A stretch of 32,000 nt of DNA, taken from the NCBI RefSeq assembly GCF_000148385.1, contig NC_014537.1, positions 1,080,001 to 1,112,000 on the forward strand, written 5' to 3'. This DNA comes from Vulcanisaeta distributa DSM 14429 (GTDB lineage: Archaea; Thermoproteota; Thermoprotei; Thermoproteales; Thermocladiaceae). This document shows, piece by piece, positions 25,635 through 32,000 of this stretch; within the stretch, counting starts at the first letter, position 1; every line of letters begins with the position of its first letter. The translations under genes and the position numbers were made by a program. The notes below the pieces were generated by a model, which did no database searches, was not told where the DNA came from, and saw only the letters and a program-made list of their open reading frames with translations.

Positions 25635-26126
25635 TCAAGGCTTCTTAATAGATGCCTCCGCAAGTCTCTTCAGCCATTCAGCAAATATTAGTAATTTATT
25701 ACCTGCAAGTATCTCTGTGTTCATATCATTTAGCTGCTTTAGAATATCAGGCATGGAGTCCGCCTTAGTAATTACACCAAGCCTTACCAAGGCCTTAATG
25801 AGACAAATACCATACAACTCATACGCCTCATCACTTATACCAGCGCTCTGAACCTCCTTAAACGCATCACTTACAGCCTCTTTACTCAACGCAAAGCTTA
25901 ACTTATCAAAGCCCGTCATCTTCTTATCACTTGACTTGGAAAGTATGAAGCTTAACGTGTAGTTGATACCATTATAATATAGGTAAGTGAGTCCATCATT
26001 ACACCTAGACCTAAATCCTTGCCTAATCCTATCATTGTTACCAAACACGGCATTTAATGCCTCTACGCACTCAATCGCCAAATCCAACGCCTCATCTTTA
26101 GCGCGCTCCGTGTTCATGGGTACCAC
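25635..26126 (-). CDS. cmr5: Cmr5 small subunit (Cas11)
   Basis: It is a 163-aa all-helical protein located between cmr4 and cmr1. The C-terminal FAEWLKRLAEA is typical of Cmr5. Confidence 0.6.
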   Translation of the reverse strand: MVPMNTERAKDEALDLAIECVEALNAVFGNNDRIRQGFRSRCNDGLTYLYYNGINYTLSFILSKSSDKKMTGFDKLSFALSKEAVSDAFKEVQSAGISDEAYELYGICLIKALVRLGVITKADSMPDILKQLNDMNTEILAGNKLLIFAEWLKRLAEASIKKP

Positions 26127-27085
26127 CAGAGCTTGACCAAGCCCTTACCTATCGTCTCCTTACCACCAAGCATTAACGCTTTAACTTTACTGCGTAATTC
26201 ATTACACACGTTTTTCGGATCCTTAAACACCTTTAGTTCATCGTTAAGCTTATTATCCGGTATCCTGGTACCGCCACATATTAACCCCGATACCATGACC
26301 GTGAACTGGGGCAGGTACTCCTCCTCCCACAATGCACCACTCACGACGGTCTTTGTACCGTAATTAACCCTGATCCTCGTCTGGACTATTAGGCTTCTCC
26401 TAATGACCTCCCTAATAACATCATCACTAATGAATGCAAGCCCTGCCTGGGAAACCCTCCTCCTTAAGTCATCACTCGGTATTGCATCTAGGAAGAGCTT
26501 CATGGCCTCAGGATCAACCTTAGCCCTAAACTCCAGTTCATTAAGTACGACTTTGTCACCCATTAATACATGGCCATCACCAACAATGGCCGTGTTACCC
26601 ACAGCACTCGGCCTCACTCTATCGATGAGTTTCATTAATGAATCCCTCAGTTGGTTAAGGTTGCCGTTATATTCGGCCAGGACCTCGAGGTATGTTAGGT
26701 AGTAATTGAGTAGGTGTGGTGATGTTACGTAGGTCCAAACACCCCTCAACGACCTAGCCGGTATTAGGAGGAGCCTGGCGTCTAGGAAGACCACCGAGGA
26801 TGCATAGTCCGAGACCTCCTGTGACCCCGCCTCAGGGCCAAAAATAGCCTTAGCCCTCTCCTTACACGTTGTATCACCGCATCCTAACGTATAATTACTC
26901 CTAATGACTCCCTTCAACCCACTGGCCCATATGACTGGTATGTCGAATTCATCACGCTGAACTTGCAGATCAATTATCTCACCACCCCTACCCGTCCCTG
27001 GGTGCGTCGGCGTTAATGAGTAAATGAATAATAACTCTGCAACCCTCTTATTGGTTGATTGCTGCGTGGGCTGGGTCGCGCTCAT
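26114..27085 (-). CDS. cmr4: Cmr4 (Cas7 backbone RAMP)
   Basis: SLTPTHPGTGRGGEIIDLQVQRDEFDIPVIWASGLKGVIRS matches the Cmr4 N-terminal signature. Confidence 0.85.
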   Translation of the reverse strand: MSATQPTQQSTNKRVAELLFIYSLTPTHPGTGRGGEIIDLQVQRDEFDIPVIWASGLKGVIRSNYTLGCGDTTCKERAKAIFGPEAGSQEVSDYASSVVFLDARLLLIPARSLRGVWTYVTSPHLLNYYLTYLEVLAEYNGNLNQLRDSLMKLIDRVRPSAVGNTAIVGDGHVLMGDKVVLNELEFRAKVDPEAMKLFLDAIPSDDLRRRVSQAGLAFISDDVIREVIRRSLIVQTRIRVNYGTKTVVSGALWEEEYLPQFTVMVSGLICGGTRIPDNKLNDELKVFKDPKNVCNELRSKVKALMLGGKETIGKGLVKLWWYP

Positions 27086-27185
27086 TAGTTATTCCTCGAT
27101 AATCACCTTTAAAGCTTTACCTGACTCCGGTAATACTTAATAATTCACCCCTCGGTAATACGGGTTAGCTAGGTGATTATTAGGG
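27086..27185. promoter_or_regulatory. Divergent cmr4 / cmr2 control region with inverted and direct repeats
   Basis: A perfect 10-bp inverted repeat, ATAATCACCT (27099-27108) / AGGTGATTAT (27171-27180). A direct repeat CGGTAATAC at 27128-27136 and 27153-27161. A/T boxes TTTAAAG (27108-27114) and CTTAATAATT (from 27136). Confidence 0.5.
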
Positions 27186-30100
27186 ATGCAGAACGTTGCC
27201 GAGAATTACTTCAGGATTAAGCTCTGGGTCTTAATGCACGACCCACCCAACAAGGCCTGGCTAATCATTAATAAATTAAATCACGTTGATGAGGCTAAGA
27301 GAATCTATGAGGAAATATTTAGGGGCACGGTCTTCGGCGGTGGCGTGCCGGACCTAAGCCATAGTAAGGTTGTGAAGTCCGATAGGCTTGCCTCATCCTT
27401 CGATAGGTGGGTCTTCCTCAAGCCCGCCACTTCGAACTACGTGTACAGGAGGTTAATGCTCGTAAACATATTCAACCCAAGGCATAAATACGAGGGAATA
27501 ACCCCGGACTATAACGCCATTGAGAATGAGGTTAATGAATATGTGAAAGACCTTAAGGAGGATATTTCAAGGTTGGTGAGGAATTATGGAAATGACCCCA
27601 GGGCCCTCTACAACTTCTTCTACGCAGCCTACGAGTCATACTGGGCAGCGCGCGGTTTACCACCGAGCCCCGCAGACACCAGGGCACCAACCCACGACGT
27701 GTTTGACCACGTCTACGCATCGGCAATGATATCCAACTGGGTCGATGATTATGGAAGGCTCGTTGGTGGCTACTACGTAATCGGTGACATACCCGGCGTT
27801 CAACACTTCATAGCATCCAGCAGGAGGTCTGGGGACCTGTGGGCGAGTAGTTGGGCGTTGTCGATGGCGGTCTGGTTAACGCTCTGGCCACTTATTTGGC
27901 GCTTTGGTCCGGACATACTGATTAGGCCCACGGCTAGGTTGAATCCGCTCTACTACGCATTCCTAGTGACGGCCCTAAGTCTCAGTGATGCAGATAGGTG
28001 TGACTCGTGCGCGGTGTTTAAGAAATTAATCCATGTACTTAATAAGAGTGAGAGGCTCGATGAGGGTTTAGAGGCTATACTCAATAGGTTGATGGGCGCC
28101 ATCAGCGCATTCCTCGTTGGAACGTCTAAGGAAGTTAATAGGTTGGAACTACTTAGTGACGCACTTCAGGTCGCATTCATAGGTGAATCCTTTCAATTAA
28201 TCTTACCAAGACACGCCCCGGAGGGTGTTGAACTAACTAAGGACTACATAATTAATGAGTTGAGGAGTAACTTTACTAAGGCGTTGGATTGCGTAGTTAA
28301 TGAGTCCTTCGAGTTCTTAAAGGCAGATAAGCAGGAGTCTATGGAGGTGAATGAACGGCAGTCTAAGTCTAATTATGAATTTGTAATTAAATTACTTGAG
28401 AGACTAAGGGATGAGAACTTAATCAAGCTTCAGCTACCCCTTAGGATTGGTGTATTGAGCGTTGGGCCGAACTCTAATGATGATGTTAAGGTTGATAACG
28501 TGCCATGCCCATTAAGCGACGATCTCCTGAAGAAACTAGGTATTAATGATGGTGAGTGCCGTGAGATGCTTCTCTTCGACTACCTAATGGTGAGTAACGA
28601 TGTTAAGAGGAAGTTACGTGATGAGGAGGGGCGTAGGCTACCCATGGCGGGTTCCTGGTTTGATAGGGACGGTTCGCCACTAATTAACCTAATCAAATAT
28701 ACGAGGGGTGGTAGCTGGATACCAAGCACATTAAACCCGGACGCACCAGCGGTGGTTAAGTTCGGCAAGGTCATAGACCTAAACGGTAACCTATGCTACG
28801 ATCCAGACACCTCCCGCGACTTAATCCAAATCCTAAACTTAAGTAACGTAGTGAACCAACTACCTAAGGTGAGTAACCAACCCGTAATCTGCGCATTGAG
28901 TGTTGACCAGTGGTTGAAAATTCTCGGGCCAGGCCAGGGCGACTTAGCCATGAAGATAGCCACGTTAGCAAGTACCTTCAAGCCAGGGGAAGCCCTAAGT
29001 CCAACAGACCTGGCCAAGAGGGTCATATACATGGGGTTAAGAAACGTGTTTAAACTTGGTTTTGAAAGCACGGAAGACGTCGCGGCCAGGTACCTCTACT
29101 CCATAAGAGACCTACTCAGTGGGGTCTTCAATACGGGCAATTGCGGGCAAGTACTCTATTACATTAATAAGGAGCCGCCCAGGGACATTGAAGACGTATG
29201 CGTAGGCGAAACCTGCGGAAACCCCGAGGCCATTAGGAAACTAACCGAGGACTGCCTTGATCAAGCTCTAAGTAACGTTAACCTAGTTAGGGATGTTTAC
29301 GGTAAGCTTGTTAATGAGTCCATAGTGGACGACGTATGCGGCGCTATTAATGATGGTGAAGCCAAGGTGGTGTGTATGACTAATATTGTTGGGAGGTTCC
29401 TGATGTTCCACTTCACGTACGCCATAGTGAGGGGTGATGGAGACTCAATCGGTGACATACATAATGGCATACTCCCTAACTACTTCAATGAGTTAAGGAA
29501 CCTCTATACAAACATGCTTAATGATAAAGGGAACGTTGATGGTGACGTTAAAGAGTTTAGCGATGATATTAATAAGCAAATCGACTTACTTAAGGAGATT
29601 GAGCAGTCCCCATACTTCACCGTTATTAAGAATGGTAAGAAGTTACAGAGGATCCCAGTATCACCTGCCTATAAATTTGCGATAACCAGGTCACTTACCG
29701 TGACCTCACTCAAAGCCCTCTACGCAGCCATGAGCATGAACGCCATGCCGATCTACATGGGCGGTGATGACGTGGCCGCGTTAGCGCCCATCGAGGCGGC
29801 GCTTAAGCTCGTTGGGAGTGCCAGGAGGATTTACTGGGGCTTGGATGGGGATGTCGCCTTCTTCCATAGGGCCGGCCAATACGTGGTACCTGCCCTGGCG
29901 GCCTACGGGCAGAGTTACTCGATCAGGTTCACGCACATTCTCGATATATTCTCCACGGAATACGTGGAGGCCGGCGAGGTCCTTGAGAAACACGCTAAGG
30001 AGACTAAGTGGGCGTCCTTCAATAAGGATTCCATGGTTGTAAGTAGTTCGAGGACTAGTGGGGTCTCGGTACTGCCAATTAGGCCGATTGATGGACGTAC

Positions 30101-30395
30101 GATTAGGGGTATTGAGGACTTGAGGAGGGTCATGAGTTACCTGTACTCAGGCCTACTAAGCACCACAACCCCCAATGACTTTGAAAGGTTTAAGGACGCC
30201 TACGATAAGGCTAAGGAGCAGGGTAAGGCTGGTTTAACGGAGGATATCGTTAGGCACGTTATCGGCAATAACACTAGGCTCGACTTAGTGATCGATGACT
30301 TAACGTCGCGCATGGTTGATGGTTTAAGGACGTATGGGTATGATTATGCAAGTAATTTAATAAACGTGATTAACATACTGAGGCGATTGCCATGA
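27186..30395 (+). CDS. cmr2: Cmr2 / Cas10 (type III-B large subunit) with HD-type N-terminus and GGDD cyclase motif
   Basis: Motifs present are VLMHDPPNKAW, ADTRAPTHDVFDHVYASA, AIVRGDGDSIGD and IYMGGDDVAALAP. Confidence 0.9.
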   Translation: MQNVAENYFRIKLWVLMHDPPNKAWLIINKLNHVDEAKRIYEEIFRGTVFGGGVPDLSHSKVVKSDRLASSFDRWVFLKPATSNYVYRRLMLVNIFNPRHKYEGITPDYNAIENEVNEYVKDLKEDISRLVRNYGNDPRALYNFFYAAYESYWAARGLPPSPADTRAPTHDVFDHVYASAMISNWVDDYGRLVGGYYVIGDIPGVQHFIASSRRSGDLWASSWALSMAVWLTLWPLIWRFGPDILIRPTARLNPLYYAFLVTALSLSDADRCDSCAVFKKLIHVLNKSERLDEGLEAILNRLMGAISAFLVGTSKEVNRLELLSDALQVAFIGESFQLILPRHAPEGVELTKDYIINELRSNFTKALDCVVNESFEFLKADKQESMEVNERQSKSNYEFVIKLLERLRDENLIKLQLPLRIGVLSVGPNSNDDVKVDNVPCPLSDDLLKKLGINDGECREMLLFDYLMVSNDVKRKLRDEEGRRLPMAGSWFDRDGSPLINLIKYTRGGSWIPSTLNPDAPAVVKFGKVIDLNGNLCYDPDTSRDLIQILNLSNVVNQLPKVSNQPVICALSVDQWLKILGPGQGDLAMKIATLASTFKPGEALSPTDLAKRVIYMGLRNVFKLGFESTEDVAARYLYSIRDLLSGVFNTGNCGQVLYYINKEPPRDIEDVCVGETCGNPEAIRKLTEDCLDQALSNVNLVRDVYGKLVNESIVDDVCGAINDGEAKVVCMTNIVGRFLMFHFTYAIVRGDGDSIGDIHNGILPNYFNELRNLYTNMLNDKGNVDGDVKEFSDDINKQIDLLKEIEQSPYFTVIKNGKKLQRIPVSPAYKFAITRSLTVTSLKALYAAMSMNAMPIYMGGDDVAALAPIEAALKLVGSARRIYWGLDGDVAFFHRAGQYVVPALAAYGQSYSIRFTHILDIFSTEYVEAGEVLEKHAKETKWASFNKDSMVVSSSRTSGVSVLPIRPIDGRTIRGIEDLRRVMSYLYSGLLSTTTPNDFERFKDAYDKAKEQGKAGLTEDIVRHVIGNNTRLDLVIDDLTSRMVDGLRTYGYDYASNLINVINILRRLP

Positions 30396-31378
30396 CCCTT
30401 AGGCTATTGATAAAGCCAATAGAGGCGCCCCACCTGACCAGGGGCATGGTTGGTGGCATTGACGTGATTAGCACCACTTACGCGCTTCACGCGCCATTGC
30501 TGAGCACGGTGGTCGGCCTATTGGCTAATGTATACTGCGAGGCAACGGGTAATACCTCCATCTGCAATCTGCAGGGGTTGACTAATTGCCTTGACTCTTT
30601 GAAGAAGGCTAGGGAGGAGATGGGGCTAGACATGCTGTGGGGACCCTTAGTGGTTGTCAATAATAAGCGTTACTTCATCGCCGAGGATAAGCTGGTGCCC
30701 ATTGATAAGACTAAGGATTACGCAGACAGGGTGGTTAATATGGATTGTGCGGAGGATTGCCTAGATGAACTCCTAGGCAATGAGCAGTTCAGATTTGGGG
30801 TGATTGAGAAGGCTGGCATAGCTATTGATAGGGAGAGGTTCACGGGCACCGTTAAGCCGGGCTTCATGTATAGGCAGAGGTTCACCTGGCTATATAGGAT
30901 CCACGTCACTAAGGATGAACGTGAGACTAGGCGTGAACGTAGAGATGCGGTGGAGGGTTGGGGCTACGAATACGTTGTCAAGGTAAAGAACGAGGACGTG
31001 CTTAAGGGCACTAGATACATTATGAGGTTTGGCGGTGAGGGTAGGCAGGCAATTGTCGAGGTAACCGCGGGTGGTGACGTGGATCAGGGAGGGGACTACG
31101 GCATTGTCCTAAGCCCCGTGATATTCACGGGGGATGCGCCATTCGTGAACGTCCAAAGTATCGATAACGATATTGAGCTGGTCTACGGACTCCTAACCAA
31201 TGGTGGTGTTAAGCAGAGGGTGTCTACGGCATCCCTAGGCTTTAGCGAAGCAGCCAGGTGCAGGAGGCCCATATACCCAGCCATACCGCTAGGTACGGTG
31301 ATTAGGCTAAGGGCGCCTAGGACTCATGTAGGTCTATTCACTGAGTTCGGTTATGGATCGATACTCACGGTTAAGTGA
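30392..31378 (+). CDS. cmr3: Cmr3 (Cas5-group RAMP)
   Basis: Its start overlaps the cmr2 stop in an ATGA junction. It has RFGGEGRQA (the GGE.r motif) and sits in the expected position after cmr2. Confidence 0.7.
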   Translation: MTLRLLIKPIEAPHLTRGMVGGIDVISTTYALHAPLLSTVVGLLANVYCEATGNTSICNLQGLTNCLDSLKKAREEMGLDMLWGPLVVVNNKRYFIAEDKLVPIDKTKDYADRVVNMDCAEDCLDELLGNEQFRFGVIEKAGIAIDRERFTGTVKPGFMYRQRFTWLYRIHVTKDERETRRERRDAVEGWGYEYVVKVKNEDVLKGTRYIMRFGGEGRQAIVEVTAGGDVDQGGDYGIVLSPVIFTGDAPFVNVQSIDNDIELVYGLLTNGGVKQRVSTASLGFSEAARCRRPIYPAIPLGTVIRLRAPRTHVGLFTEFGYGSILTVK

Positions 31379-31567
31379 TGGCGCATCTTATCTATTACCA
31401 TGTCGGCTAAGGTCAATAACCACGTAAACCCATGTTCTTACTAATCCTTCACGTTAACTAACCTGGCGTAGTTAAGTTAGCACACCTTAATCTCAACTCA
31501 TCATTAAGGCTAAATTAGTATCATTAAAGATTAAATAAGGGAGATTCGAACAATGTTGATGTGAGGC

Positions 31568-31978
31568 TTGAGATTCAGAACTATGGCCCAATTAAGAGTT
31601 TGGTGGTTAATGGGGATCCATACTGGGAGCCTAGCGGGTTTGAACTTCATACTTGGGATGCCTGGTTCTGGGAAGACGATGCTTGCCTGGGCCCTCTACG
31701 TGGAGCCAGCCCTAATGACCATTGAGGCATATAGGGCATCAATGGGCTTACCGCGCAGGTGTGATGACGCTGTCAGTAACTTCAGTAAGGTATTTGATGA
31801 AATACTTGCAGAGCAGGTTACTAATGTCCTGGTGCCAAGCACGTTAAGTATTGGTAGTTTAGTCAATGATATTCTCAATAGGCTCTCGGTGACTGTAATG
31901 GGGATTACAGCCACCATTGGTCAGGTGATTGAGCTTGCTAAGACCCTATGGAATTACAAGGGAGTTACGTGGGATTAA
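31568..31978 (+). CDS. P-loop NTPase fragment (Walker A GMPGSGKT), possibly frameshifted or truncated
   Basis: It has only a TTG start. An ATG-initiated 57-codon ORF in the adjacent frame (31552-31725) begins MLMVRLEIQNYGPIKSLVV, which looks like the missing ATPase N-terminus. Confidence 0.35.
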   Translation: MRFRTMAQLRVWWLMGIHTGSLAGLNFILGMPGSGKTMLAWALYVEPALMTIEAYRASMGLPRRCDDAVSNFSKVFDEILAEQVTNVLVPSTLSIGSLVNDILNRLSVTVMGITATIGQVIELAKTLWNYKGVTWD

Positions 31979-32000
31979 TCACGTCTTAATAATGCATGAT

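Overview
The window looks like a crenarchaeal, Thermoproteales-like chromosome segment. I infer this from an intron-bearing tRNA, A/T-box promoters about 25 nt from start codons, and CRISPR repeats ending in ATTGAAAG. Positions 1-3.1 kb are housekeeping: tRNA-Phe(GAA) with a T-arm intron, a VUT/YhhQ-like transporter, a split coiled-coil gene and a 5-formyl-THF cyclo-ligase-like gene. Positions 3.2-31.4 kb form a CRISPR-Cas super-locus. It holds a frameshifted csa3, an orphan divergent cas4-like gene, cas6, and three co-oriented arrays (8, 11 and 10 repeats) that share one 25-nt repeat and homologous leaders. It also holds a Csm-type type III module (csm2-csm3-csm4-csm5-cas10, with no recognisable HD motif in Cas10) and a complete type III-B module (cmr4-5-1-6 divergent from cmr2-3). 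There are five CARF-domain genes: csa3, a Csx1 with HEPN, a CARF-PIN fusion, and two paralogous APE2256/ring-nuclease-like proteins. The most interesting part is a co-oriented four-gene insert with no canonical cas identity: an ABC-type ATPase coupled to a 16-Cys small protein, followed by NurA and HerA. No cas1/cas2 or type I effector genes lie in the window. All family calls rest on motif recognition by eye. No database search or structure prediction was possible.
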